The position numbers were made by a program, and so were the translations under genes. Below, piece by piece: positions 26,940 to 41,500 of a stretch of DNA of 64,000 nucleotides. The DNA is from Octopus bimaculoides (Eukaryota): assembly GCF_001194135.2 (NCBI RefSeq), contig NC_068981.1:147195468-147259467 (forward strand), written 5' to 3'. Below the pieces are notes generated by a model. The model worked only from the letters and a program-made list of their open reading frames with translations. It was not told where the DNA came from and made no database searches. Position 1 is the first letter of the stretch, and each line of letters starts with the position of its first letter.

Positions 26940-27650
26940 TATAATAATAATAATACTTTATTTAAGGAGTACATGAACTGCAATTTTGGTGAACTAGAAC
27001 TTATTTCATCAATCCAAAAAAAGAACAGGTACTTATTCCATCAACTCCAAAACGATGAAAGATAATTAATTCCTCAGCGGAATTTGAACTCAGTCTGTAA
27101 GAACGGACAAAATGCTGCTGAGCATTTCACCCAGCATGCTAACAATTCTGCCAGCTTTCCACCTTACTACTAATAATAATAATAATCCTTTCTACTATAG
27201 GCACAAGGCCTGAAAATTTGGGGGAGGGGGCTGGTCAATTACATTGACCTCAGTACTCAACTGGTACTTATTTTATCAACCCTGAAAGAATGAAAGGTAA
27301 AGTTGACCACAGCGGAGTTTGAACTCCTAACAAAATACTACTAAGCATTTCGTCCAACGTGCTAACAATTCTGCCAGCTTGCCATCTTACTACTACTACT
27401 ACTAATAATAATAATAATAATAATCCTTTCTACTGAGAGGCACAAGGCCTCAAATTTGGGGGTAGGGGAGTAGATGATTACATCAACCCCAATGTTTCAC
27501 TGGTACTTAATAATATCGACCCCGAAAGGATGAAAGGCAGAGTCGACCATGGCGGAATTTGAACTCAGAACATAGTGATGGGCGAAATACCACTAAACAT
27601 TTCGTCCAGCAGGCTAACGATTCTGCCAACTCACCACCTTACTAATAGTA
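26940..27650 (-). mobile_element. SINE family B, three head-to-tail copies
   Basis: Three repeats of GGCACAAGGCC...TTTGAACTC...TTCTGCCAxCT separated by (TAA/TAC)n. Confidence 0.85.
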
Positions 27651-28251
27651 ATAATAATAACAATATATCATGCCATATATTGAAACATATTTAGAACATT
27701 GATTGTTCTCAGTTTTGTGGAGCCCAAAATATTTTTGCTGGACTGGAAAGATTGTAATTATTAGAATCAAAAATTTAAGTTTGTTGACAGTTAATTACTA
27801 TTGGAAAAAAATATTCAACAAACAGAACACAAAATTCAAAAATTGTTGCAATGGCTGTCACACAGATTTCGGTGGGAAAACTATAGTGAATATACTAAAG
27901 AGAGAGAAAAAAATCAGAAATAACTGACTTCTTGCAGATGAAGTATAGTTGGAGACACCAACTCTAGTACTACACTGGAACTTTTTATCAACCTCAGTAA
28001 AACGAAAAAACAAAGCTGATCACAGAAATACCTAACTCAAAACATGTGGCTTCTCAACCTTCTAGATACAGTAGCTAACTTACCCTTAATTCACAGCTTA
28101 CCATCTCAAAGAAACAAAATAGAAACGTGAGAGAGACAGAGAGACAGATAGACAGAGAATCAGCAGTAAACAGAGAACAATGTAGTTCTGAGAGAATAAA
28201 CAAAATGGTCAAGTATGGAACTCCTTTGATGTTATATTCACTCAATCAATT

Positions 28252-28487
28252 ATTTAATCCCTTTGCATTCAGATTATTGTCAAGTGTAATGCATATTCAT
28301 TCACATTCTTTTGAATTAACCTTGCAATATCTTGTAACTTCAAGATTTTGATGAAGTGATTTTTTAATTTTTAGAATGACATTTTGAAATGACATTCTGA
28401 GAGGACAGATATGGCTGGTTTTGAACATAAAAAAGAAAGAATATTTGGACCAGATATGGTTCGGCTGAAATACTAAAAAGTTAAACC
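28252..28487. mobile_element. piggyBac-like MITE (TTAA ends); related partial copy at about 38783-38990
   Basis: TTAATCCCTTTGCATT...AATACTAAAAAGTTAA termini, with internal sequence shared with 38783-38990. Confidence 0.55.
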
Positions 28488-29299
28488 TAGATTTAAACAA
28501 ATTCAACTCAATAAAAAGAGAACAAATGTAAAAAAATCTTTGCAATTTCAAAAGCAAAACAATGCAGTTCTCAACAGATGTTTACAAATAAATTGGCTTC
28601 AATTTTCATACACACAAAGAAAAACAAAAGCCATAAACACTAATACTGGCAAAATAGTCATAATGTGTATATATATATATATAATATATATATATATAAA
28701 CATATATCATCATCATCATCATCGTTTAACGCCCAACCCATGCTAGCATGGAAGGCGGACGTTAAACGATGATGATGATATGTTTATATATATATATGTG
28801 AATATATATATATATATCAATATTAATAAGTCTCCCTAAAGGAGACTACGGCAGCAGTACTGGGTATTAATAGTTATCGCCAAGCCAACATGGCAGTCCC
28901 AAAAATAGGATAAATGCTGCTGTTGATTAGCTCCAAGAGGCCATCGCCTCTAGCTAGCTATGTGACACACAAACCTGTGACCATTATAACCATATATATA
29001 TATATATATATATATATGATAGAGACATGATAATGTTGAATAGATTGCTTTGCAGAAATCATTCCAACTCCAACACCTTGAATACCACAACGATCAACTT
29101 TGCCTTTCATTGTTTCAAGTACTGGGATAAATTCTTTCCTTTCTTCAACACCTATCTGTGTTTTTGTTTCCCCTCTTCTGTAAAAAATCAGCTATGATGG
29201 AGAGGGATAGGTTCAGTCACATCTTAAAAATGCCCAAAACACTGTGTCACAACATCATTCCTATGACACCATTCAGGAGTTTGAGTGAGCCTGTGTTGA

Positions 29300-29584
29300 G
29301 CATGTGTGTGTGTGTTGTGTGTGTGTATATATATATATACATATATATTTACACACACACATATATATATACAAACATGCATATATATATGTACATATAT
29401 ACACACATGCATACACACACATAAATATATATACATACATACATACACATACATTATATATACATATAATATATATATGTGTATATATATGTATATATAT
29501 ATATGATTATATATATATATGTATATTAATATATATATATATATATATAAATATACATATATATATAGTCATATATATATATAT

Positions 29585-29615
<31 letters not shown>

Positions 29616-30218
29616 GGTTTCTTTTTTACAAACAAAAAATAAACTCAAAATATAAGTACATGAATGTATTAATAATTGTCAGAATTTACAAGGGCCTATA
29701 CCAAAACACAAAACTCAGCCCTTGAGGAGACATTCTGAAACTTCAAAAAATTATTAATAAAAAACATGCATATATATATATATATATAAAGAGATAGATA
29801 CAAACATACATACACACACGCATACATATAGACACAAAATATATATATAAACATACATATATGTACATACGTACATATATGTACACACACACATATATAT
29901 ATATACATACATGTTTACATATATATAAACATATATATATATACATATATATACATACATGTTAACATATATATAAACATATATATATATATATACATAT
30001 ATATACATACATATGTTTACATATATATAAACATATATATATATATATATATATATACATACATATATATGCATATATAAATATATATATGCATACATAT
30101 ATATATACATACATATATACATATATATATACATACATATGTAGACATATATATATATATATACATACATATATATATATATATATACATACACATACAT
30201 ATATATATATATATACAC

Positions 30219-30251
<33 letters not shown>

Positions 30252-30276
30252 CACACATACATACATATATATATAT

Positions 30277-30307
<31 letters not shown>

Positions 30308-30308
30308 C

Positions 30309-30357
<49 letters not shown>

Positions 30358-31096
30358 AGAATTTTCAGTATGTTGGAGAAGCAACTCAATTGCTAATCCC
30401 TGTATATTTATAATGATTATATATATATATATATACATACATACATATATAGACATATATATATATATGGCTGGATGGATGCTGAGAACATTCAGAACCA
30501 GAGATATGGAAACTATGATGGTCCTACAGAGGACATTCGTCCTCAGCTGCCTGGATTACTGCTCCCAGTTATGGTCACCCAACAGTGTAAAATTAGTAGT
30601 CGACTTTGAAGCAATCCAGCGAAGATTCACAAAGAAGATCATCTCTTTGCAACTGCTCAGCTACTGGGAAAGGCTGAAACAGCTAAGACTCTACTCCCTG
30701 GAGCGAAGGCAGGAGAGATATGCAGTAATATACATCTGGAAGATCCTCGAAGGAATTGTGCCAAATTTTGGCATTGAAAGCTACACCAGTACTAGAATCG
30801 GTTGACACTGCATAGTGCCAAAGATCCCAGCAATGCCATCGCTCTTCAGGACCAGTTACTGCAACAACCTAGGTTTCAGGGGCCCACAGCTTTTAATATT
30901 CTCGCAAAGAGACTGAGGAACCTGCACAAAGTAGATGTAGGCAGTTTTAAATTAAGGCTGGACCTCTTCCATCAAACTCCATTCTTCACCAAGTGCAACA
31001 TATTGGAGGAGGCTCTCAGTAATAACAGTGTAGCAAAACAGCGGTGTATCAGCATGGCTGCAGCTCTGAGCTGAAACTATAATAAAAAAAAATATG

Positions 31097-31160
<64 letters not shown>

Positions 31161-31370
31161 AATATATACATACATACATATACAAATACATATATATACA
31201 TATATACATACATATATACACAAATAAATATATATATACATTTATATACATATATATATATATAAATATATATATATACATATATATACATATACATACA
31301 TATATATATATATATACATACATACATATATATGCATACATACATATATATGCATACATACATATATATG

Positions 31371-31416
<46 letters not shown>

Positions 31417-31440
31417 CATATATCACAAATGCAACATAAT
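29300..31440. repeat. Large compound (TA)n/(TACA)n microsatellite field
   Basis: Seen directly. Similar fields at 12200-13150, 20730-20960, 43285-43560, 44930-45560 and 47260-47470 explain most Y/I/H/T/C/V-rich ORFs. Confidence 0.95.
30466..31040 (+). mobile_element. CR1/L2-like LINE 3' fragment
   Basis: [21 protein letters not shown] and [22 protein letters not shown] at the end of ORF 30089..30805. Confidence 0.88.
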
Positions 31441-31671
31441 AGCATCGTTGGTTACACATTTCCAATGTATCAATATTTCACTTTGCTGCATTTCTGTCAT
31501 AAAGACTGACAAGGAAACATCTGTAACTTGATACAGAACAAATATCTCAAGGGCCTGTATTTGCAAAGCACCAATTTTAACAGTTTTCTCACAAGAGAAT
31601 GCATCCCTGACAAATGCCAAAGATTATGCCTAAGTATTTAGTCTGGTCAGTGTCTGTTCTAACGCAGTAAC

Positions 31672-31900
31672 TATTGGGTTGGTGCATAATTACTGCGGCT
31701 TTTTTCAACAAATTTTATTCAACAAAAACATCTTTAAATGACGGTCTGACCGTCTGCCAAGCAAATGGGAAGCAGTAATTTAAGTAGATGGTGAATATGC
31801 TCTGGAATAATCATTTAAAGATGTTTTTGTTACATGTTGATATTGTTTTTGTTGAAAATTTGTTGAAAAAGAGCTGCAATAATTATGCACCAACCCAAAA
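31672..31900 (+). mobile_element. mariner-derived MITE
   Basis: About 45-bp terminal inverted repeats TTGGGTTGGTGCATAATTAxTGCxGCT. The interior retains a transposase C-terminal remnant (RLPSKWEAVI*VDGEY). Confidence 0.8.
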
Positions 31901-33089
31901 GGATATGTGTAGTGATTTTCAAAGAAAGATATTGTTGGGGGATATATCACTGTCATTAAAAAATCTGCCTTGTTTTGGGTTCAGTCCCACAGTGTAGCAT
32001 ACTGGGTATCTTGTAGTATAGCTTCAGGGCAACAATGTCTGAATTAATTTGGTGAATAGAAACTGTATGAAGTCTGTCATATGTAATATGCATGTGTGCA
32101 TGTATGCACATGTGTCTGTGAATATTTACATTCTGGGAGCTTTACAAGAAGAGCACTGAATAACAAGCAGCAAAGTCTGTTTTTTTTCCACTAGCATTGT
32201 ACTTTCAGAAATGTAGAATAATGTCTTACTTGAAAAACAGTTAAAGAATAGGAAAAGGAAGTGCATTCAGCTGCAAAATAATACCCCAGTAATATGTATT
32301 TGTCTAACTAATTCTACCATGAGAAAACGGATGTAAAAAACCAATAAAGATATGTGTATGTGTGTGTGCATATATATTTCAAAAATAGGTTATAAATGTG
32401 TTTATATGTATGCATATAAGCATGTGTTTGTGTGTATATATATTTATTTATACACATGTACATACATAGACATATATATTCACACACATATCATCATCAT
32501 CGTTTTAACATCCACTTTATTTGTTGAGATCTCCTACAGCCAGGTACCCTCTCCTGCTTCCAAGAAAGATATTTCCCCAGATATTTTACAGAGGACTGGT
32601 AATGAAGAACACTGCTTTTACAGTGAGTGGTCATTTACAAATAGTATGCAATGTCAGGGTATAAAGACACAAACACACACATACAACATGCTTCTTTCAG
32701 TTTCTGTTTACCAAATCCATTCTCAAGACTTGGTTGACCATTTCCCTTCTTAATCATTAACAACAATATTCACAAACTTTCAATCCAAAGATTTAACATT
32801 CAATAGAGAAGTAATTTGCAAAAAAAAAATATATATGTCAATATTTTTATAAATAAATTTATGGCTCAAAATAAACTTTATAGCGTTGATGTTCATTATT
32901 ATATATATATATATATATATATNNNNNNNNNNNNNNNNNNNNNNNNNNNNNNNNNNNNNNNNNNNNNNNNNNNNNNNNNNNNNNNNNNNNNNNNNNNNNN
33001 NNNNNNNNNNNNNNNNNNNNNNNNNNNNNNNNNNNNNNNNNNNNNNNNNNNNNNNNNNNNNNNNNNNNNNNNNNNNNNNNNNNNNNNNN

Positions 33090-33121
<32 letters not shown>

Positions 33122-33150
33122 CAGATATTAAAAAATAGAATGTTCAGTTA

Positions 33151-34128
<978 letters not shown>

Positions 34129-34458
34129 CTAATAAACTGTCGTTAACAGTACTAATGGTGACAACGTGTAAGATATATAGACAAACTAACATGTATTATA
34201 TCACAGCTACACACCGGATATGTTCAGAGTTATCTACCTTGACTCATGTCGCGTTTCGGTGAAGATATGAAGTTATGTCCTGGTAGAATAAATACCATGC
34301 TGGTTCATGAAGTCATGATTTCTTCCAAGGGCAGAAGTTTTTAAAGTTACCTCCTCCTACATTTTGAATACCTATCTAGTAACTTTTTCTCCGTTATATT
34401 TTTACAACGGTAAATATGGAAATAGTATATAAAACTAAGTCTCTATTAATTGCAATCA

Positions 34459-35760
34459 AATAAAAAACTAATGGTGGACATTGAAATTAGACACTGAGGG
34501 AAAATGGCTGTAACTTTTTTATTTTTCAATTTTGGCGATTTTCGTTTTCGATAATGTGTTCTACATGTCCAGGTCGTACGAATAGCCTTCTCGCAACTTA
34601 GATGTGAAAATGAACGGCTTACATTTATATTGAAACAGAAAAAGGATCACATATGGAGTCCCCACCACGAAACTTGATATGCTAGAAATAACAGCTAAAC
34701 GCGGACAATCCNNNNNNNNNNNNNNNNNNNNNNNNNNNNNNNNNNNNNNNNNNNNNNNNNNNNNNNNNNNNNNNNNNNNNNNNNNNNNNNNNNNNNNNNN
34801 NNNNNNNNNNNNNNNNNNNNNNNNNNNNNNNNNNNNNNNNNNNNNNNNNNNNNNNNNNNNNNNNNNNNNNNNNNNNNNNNNNNNNNNNNNNNNNNNNNNN
34901 NNNNNNNNNNNNNNNNNNNNNNNNNNNNNNNNNNNNNNNNNNNNNNNNNNNNNNNNNNNNNNNNNNNNNNNNNNNNNNNNNNNNNNNNNNNNNNNNNNNN
35001 NNNNNNNNNNNNNNNNNNNNNNNNNNNNNNNNNNNNNNNNNNNNNNNNNNNNNNNNNNNNNNNNNNNNNNNNNNNNNNNNNNNNNNNNNNNNNNNNNNNN
35101 NNNNNNNNNNNNNNNNNNNNNNNNNNNNNNNNNNNNNNNNNNNNNNNNNNNNNNNNNNNNNNNNNNNNNNNNNNNNNNNNNNNNNNNNNNNNNNNNNNNN
35201 NNNNNNNNNNNNNNNNNNNNNNNNNNNNNNNNNNNNNNNNNNNNNNNNNNNNNNNNNNNNNNNNNNNNNNNNNNNNNNNNNNNNNNNNNNNNNNNNNNNN
35301 NNNNNNNNNNNNNNNNNNNNNNNNNNNNNNNNNNNNNNNNNNNNNNNNNNNNNNNNNNNNNNNNNNNNNNAGATTTGGATTGTCCGCATTTAGCTGTTAT
35401 TTCTAGCATATCAAGTTTCGTGGTGGGGACTCCACATGTGATCCTTTTTCTGTTTCAATATAAATGTAAGCCGTTCATTTTCACATCTAAGTTGCGAGAA
35501 GGCTATTCGTACGACCTGGACATGTAGAACACAATGTCAAAAATGAAAATCGCCCCAAAAAAATTTTTTAATCACCCCCACTCCCCACCCCGTGTGTGGG
35601 GGGAGGGGGTCCAAAATTTTTTTGGGGTGGGGAATCACATGACCGTGACATATAGAACACATTATCGAAAACGAAAATCGCCAAAATTAAAAAGTAAAAA
35701 TGTTACAGCCATTTTCCTTCAGTGTCTAATTCCAATGTCCACCAAACTAATTTTTTATTT
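34459..35760. repeat. Long inverted repeat / fold-back element spanning an assembly gap
   Basis: About 34470-34711 is the reverse complement of 35371-35530 plus 35655-35745. The right arm carries an insertion of about 125 bp, the arms differ at a few bases, and N fills 34712-35370. Confidence 0.85.
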
Positions 35761-36311
35761 CATTAGGTTGCGAAGTTTCCGCTCGGCTTAATGCCATTTT
35801 GTATTGCTACGTTTATGTTTAGAAGTAAAATTTGGTCGCATAAGAAATCTTTCCTCAACTTTGACCCAATTATAATTGAAGTTGCTCATAAAATATCTGA
35901 ATAATTTTTGGTGTTTAACAGTCAACATTCTTTTCTCTGTTGGATTCCAAGTCAATTTTATCCACACATAAGTCTAATTTGAAAATTTTCAAGTTTCAAA
36001 ATTGATGTCTAAAATGGGGTAAAATGAGTAATGACTAAGTTCAATAATTTCTTCTCTTTAAATATATCACAAAAAGAACACTCTAGCAGATCATGAAGAA
36101 GTTATAGAGAATATTTTATGCTAAGCATTTTTTTTATCTAGTCGAGTTTAATTAATTTCGTATCATGTGCCATTTTTTTCTTACCCTCTTTCATTTGACC
36201 TACATGTTTAAAATTTTCTTTTTGCATTTCTGATCTTTCTGATGTCAAGGGATGGATATGGATGTGTATGAATCTGTTTTGGGGAGAATTGAAGCAGCAA
36301 ATTTACATTAC

Positions 36312-36851
36312 CTTGTCTTTTATGTAAACACACATGGAGAATATAGCAAATATATTTCTCAGAAACAGTCCTCCCACTTGTAAGATATATATAGTAAAAT
36401 AAAAATAAGATCATAGACATTCTGGTATCAATTGATTTCGCTTTCTGTGTTGAACCAACACTTAAAGCTCATCAGCCAAACTTACTGCAAAAACTATTTC
36501 AAAAAACGTTGTTCAACTGAAGGCCCCCGCGACTTTCAAATGAACATTAGTCAGCAAGTATAAATTTCAAAATTCAAATAAGTTGCCAGTATCAATAAAA
36601 ATAATGATAAAGTAGCCAGCAAACATTATTCAAATGAGCAAAATATATAACAATAAAAAGTCAGAATACAATAAGTACCTGCTTGCTTTAAAGAAGAGTT
36701 AAAACCCTCCAAAACCACACATCTCATTATATGTAAACACGTATGGAGACTATAGCAAATATATTTCTCCAAAACAATCTTCCCACTTGTAAGCGACATA
36801 TAGTAAAATACAAATAAAACCATAGACATTCTGGTATCAATTGATTTTGCT
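36312..36851 (-). repeat. Local tandem duplication of a ~120-bp unit (about 36321-36441 and 36730-36851)
   Basis: 88/102 nt identical over the aligned 34 codons; both copies are open frames ending at phase-1 GT donors. Confidence 0.85.
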
Positions 36852-37269
36852 ATCAACTTCCTAATCTCCATTTTATTTTCTTTATTTAACTTTTAAGGGA
36901 ATTTCATTCCCCAATAATACTAGGTATTAAACCGGTATTTCTTTGGATGTAACCATCTTTAACAAGGTTAACATATCCTCTAATTGAATTATATATATGC
37001 ATATGTGTGTATGTGTTAATTATCTCCTTGCTCTGACCTCAAGTGATTGTTGTAAATGACTATCTCTGTCGTACAAGCAGTGTCCTTCATTCCCAATCTT
37101 CCATGAAAACATGATTGGTCCTACAGAAATGTTACCTTAAAGGTGAGGGTTAGTAACAGGAAAGGCATCCAGCTTAGAAAATCCACCTCAATAAAATAAT
37201 GAAATTCCATCTGAACCATGCAAACATGGAATAGTGGACACTAAAATTATATATATATATATATCATCA

Positions 37270-38510
37270 TCATCATCATTTAACATCCGTTGTCCATGCT
37301 GGCACAGGCTGGATGGTTTGACCAGGACTGGCAACCTGGAACGCTGCACCAGACCCCAGTCTGTTTTGGCATGGTTTCTACAGCTGGATGCCCTTCCTAA
37401 GTCCAACCACTTTGAGAGTGTAATAGGTGCTTTTATGTGCCACTAGCACGGTTGCCATTTGTGTGATACCTGTGTCTGCCATGGGTCTTCTTCTCAAGCA
37501 TAGCATAATGTCAAATGGACTTAGTCATTGTCTCAGTGAGGCTCAACACTTGAAGCCCAGCATAATGCCAAATGGTCTCAGTCCTTGCCTCCATAAGGCC
37601 CAACACTCAAAAGGTGCTTTTACATGCTACCAGCATGTGTGCAATTTGCGTGACACTGGTATCTGCTATGACTGTGATTTTACTGGGTTTGACAGGTCTT
37701 CTTCTCAAGTACAACATAATGCCAAAGGTCTCAGTCATTGCCTCTGTGAGGCCCAACATTCAAAAGGAGCTCAACTGCTTTTCCTCCGTGAGGCTCAATA
37801 CTTGGAAGGTGCTTTTTATGTGCCACCTGTATGGGTGCTGGTTAAATGACACCAGCATCAGCCATGACTGCAATTTCACTTGGCTTGATGGGTCTTCTCA
37901 AGCACAGCATATCACCAAATGTCTCAGTCACTAGTCATTGCCTCTGTGAGGCCCAAAATTCGGAAATCATGCTTCACCATCATATCGTCGTATGTCTTCC
38001 TAGGTCTACCTCTACCACAGGTTCCCTCCACAGTTACGGATCAACACTTCTTTACACAGCTGTCCTCGTCTATACGTATCACATGACCATACCAGTGCAG
38101 TTTTCTCTCTTGCACACCACATCTGATGTCTCTTGTGCCTAACTTTTCTCTCAAGATGCTTACACTCTGTCAAATGTGCACACTGACATTGCACATCCAG
38201 CAAAGCATACTGGCTTCATTTCTTTCAAGCCTACGCATGTGCTTGGCCGTCACAGCCCATGTTTCACTGTCATGTAGCATAACTGTTCACACACAGGCAT
38301 CATACAATATGCCTTTCACTCTGAGAGAGAGGCTCTTTGTTGCCAGTAGAGGTAGGAGCTCTCTAAACTTTGCCCAGCCTAATCTTATTTTGGTAGCTAT
38401 GCTCTTGGAGCATCCATCTCTGCTACTAACTTGATCACCTAGGTAACGGAAGCTATCTACTACCTCTAGCTTACCACCCCCATGGCAGTTGATGGAATCT
38501 AACAAAATGA
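37270..38510 (-). mobile_element. 5'-truncated RTE-like LINE with internally repetitive 3' UTR and (GAT)n tail
   Basis: LEVVDSFRYLGDQVS...IRLGWAKFRELLPLL...LYDACV in ORF 38287..38505. 3'-end-only copies at about 13270-13460, 19135-19350, 19740-20235, 23365-23690, 50585-50935, 62590-62730 and 63560-63945. Confidence 0.85.
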
Positions 38511-41500
38511 AGTTCTTGATATATTTACAAAATATGAAAAGATTTTTAATTCTAAAAAATGTTTTAAAAATATATTGATAGTCCTAATGAATTAAGTAGT
38601 TTCAACCTTTATTTCAGCTCTCCAGGCTCTAATACGGTAGTATCGTAGTGATATTACCATACTCTGATATTAATGTTGGTTATCAGTATTTATTTCTAAT
38701 CTATTTTTAGAACGAAAATCTTTATAAAATTTTCTTTTCCTTTCTACATTCTTCTTTCTTAGTTTGAAAAGGAGAAATATTTTAACCCTTTAGCATTCAG
38801 ATTATCTCAAATATAATGCATATTTATTCCCATAGTTTTCAATTAATCATGCATTATCTTGTAGCTTTGAGATTTCAATGATGTGACTTATTTTTAGAAT
38901 GACATTGCAAGGTAAGAGTGAAAAACCATATCTAGCCATTTGGACACAAAACAGGTAGAATATTTGGGCCAGATATGGTTGGTTTAATTTTCACTCGACA
39001 AATGTCAAGATATTCACTACATGGAATATACCTAATAGATTAATCCCTGTGTTGTTTACTTGGTTCATTTTGTTCCTGTGTGACTGATTATAATTCTCAT
39101 TGCACTGTAAGCATGTTATGCAGTAAATCAAACTTTTTTTTAATTGCAATTCATATTTTCATCAACTCTGAATACCTTTCCATTCTTGATTTAATTAGTT
39201 CACTCTGTTCAATAAAATCACATATCCCACAAAGAGGGTCTTCACATAATTTCCTTTTGATGTAAATCTGCCATTTGTTAAGAGACTTTTAAGATTAGGT
39301 GACAGTCTCTAACTGAATAATTTGTGACTTACACTCAGATTTGATCATTGGAGAAGGATTGAAAAATATCATTTAGTGGAATCTAAAACATTGTGGTTCG
39401 GGAATTGTAACTACATATAGAATATTACCAATTGTGTCCTTCTCTTCACTGCTAAAGTTTCTTCTTAAATCAGGAATTAAGATTAGTTTTGCATTATTCA
39501 TGAATTCTTCCTGATATGGTTGTCTCTCGATGAACATTTTAATTTCTTCGTTTTCTCTGTCTATTTGAATATCTAACTATGTCACATATCACTTTCCTGT
39601 TTACAGGATATTTATTTTAGTATGGAATGAATGGCAAGATCTAAAATCTAATTCCTGACAACAATGAGCACAAAAGCTATCCTTATTTTTATAACACTTG
39701 TGATGGGATTTTTAGAATCAAAGAAAATAAATGACATCCAGTTTAAGATTATTTTTCACAAAAATTGATAACTCATTAAAAGCAAAATTGTAAAAAATAC
39801 TTTGAAGTCTGTGTTATATTTTGGAATATAAGTGAGCAAAAGGAGCACTCCATCGGTTACGAGGGTCCCAGCTGATACGATCAACGGAACAGCTTGCTCG
39901 TGAAATTAACGTGTAAGTGACTGAGCAATCCACAGACACGTGTACCTCTAACGTAGTTCTCAGGGAGACTCAGCGTGACAAGGCCGGCCCTTTGAAATAC
40001 AGGTACTACTCATTTTTACCAGCTGAGCGGACTGGAGCAACGTGAAATAAAGTGTCTTGCTCAAGGACACAACGTGTCACCGGGAATTGAACTCACGTGT
40101 GAAGTGAAGGCGCGTGGCTTAGTGGTTAGGGCATTCGGCTCACAATCGTAAGGAATACAAGTAAGGAAGAACTTAAAAGATTTCACAAATGGGTCAAAAA
40201 TATTCATGAATCAATTAGTGAGCCATAAAACTTTTCTTGCCTTAATTATAAACTCCAAGTTTAAAAAAAGAAATATAAAAAAGTTACAATTCAAGTTTAC
40301 CCCACAATGTTTGTCTTTCATGCTGGCATGGAGTGGGTGGCTTAACAGAAACTAGGGAGTTGCAAGGCTGCATCAAGCTCCAATGTCAGCTTTGGCATAG
40401 TTTCTACTGCTAGAAGCCCTTCCCAATGCCTACCACTTTACAGTATGAACAGGGTGCTTTTCTCATGCCACCAGCTCTTGTGAGACTAAGTAACTTGTAA
40501 GACAGGAAAAGGAGAAAGCTTCCTTGTTTAAGTGGGCAAGTATTAGAAAAGGGGGAGAGATGGCTTTATGCCAGGTGTTAGGCGGTTAAAGTATGATAGA
40601 GGGACAAGCACTGGTGTCTTGTACATAGAATTAAATAAGCACAACTGGACTATACTGAAGTGAGCTTCTACCAGCATAAAAATAAGTGGGGGTTTTTTTT
40701 ATTTGCCATAACTTGTAGGCTTCTTATGGTTGGAGAAAAATTAAAGCATAACTGGAAAATTTAGTATTTTGATATCTAAATACATCTATTACATAAAGAG
40801 CTGAAGATGTAACCTTGATATCATAGGAGTCATGAAAAGCAGAAACTAAAGCAACAATAAACTAAGTTAATAAAGAGATTATCTTTACAAAACTTACAGC
40901 TGTATCAAAATTTAACAAAAATCTTGAATTACAGTTAGAAGTTAGAGAGGGATTTACAAATTAAAAGGTAACAAGGAAAGAATGAGTATTGCTTGATTAA
41001 TATTAGCTGATATGCCAAGGTAAGTAATAATACATCTTTAGAGAAATACAAACTGTAAGCTCTATCGACTATTTTAATACAGAAAATATTTCGAATGTTT
41101 TTTGTCTTTTTCTGAATACCTGGTGATTGAAATTAAAAAAAAAAAAAAAGATACTCTACTTGCCATTTCAATTTATTAATCTAACTGACTTTTCCCATAT
41201 TTGCTCACATACATACTCCATTTTTATGATAATTTTTTCATGCTAACATAGGTTAGACAGCAGTGTCTCACTCCTAAACGAGACACCTCATCATCTGATA
41301 CGTACTACAGAGAAAACATCCAATCTTTGTAATTCTGTATCACACATTTTTAGATGAACCAGATGCATTTTTATCAACTGACACTTAGTGAAGTTGTCTG
41401 GTACAGGTGGGAAGATCTTAGTTATCAAGGACAGCCAAATGTTACCTTTATGTAATTTTATATTACAATTGATCATGTTTTGAAACTTTTCAACTTTAAA

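Noticed and set aside
34561-35527. Long ORFs of 235-282 aa (similar ones at 32816-33131, 44964-45596, 48253-48744)
   Set aside because: They consist mostly of N gap characters
37430-37960. Regularly spaced repeats superficially like a CRISPR array (also 19740-20000, 50710-50935)
   Set aside because: Imperfect subrepeats in the 3' UTR of an RTE-like LINE, with no unique spacers or cas genes, in a eukaryotic context
39373-39576. 67-codon charged open stretch on the minus strand (LDIQIDRENEEIKMF...) plus a neighbour near 39160-39267
   Set aside because: No recognisable homology, a weak acceptor, and a length expected by chance somewhere in 64 kb
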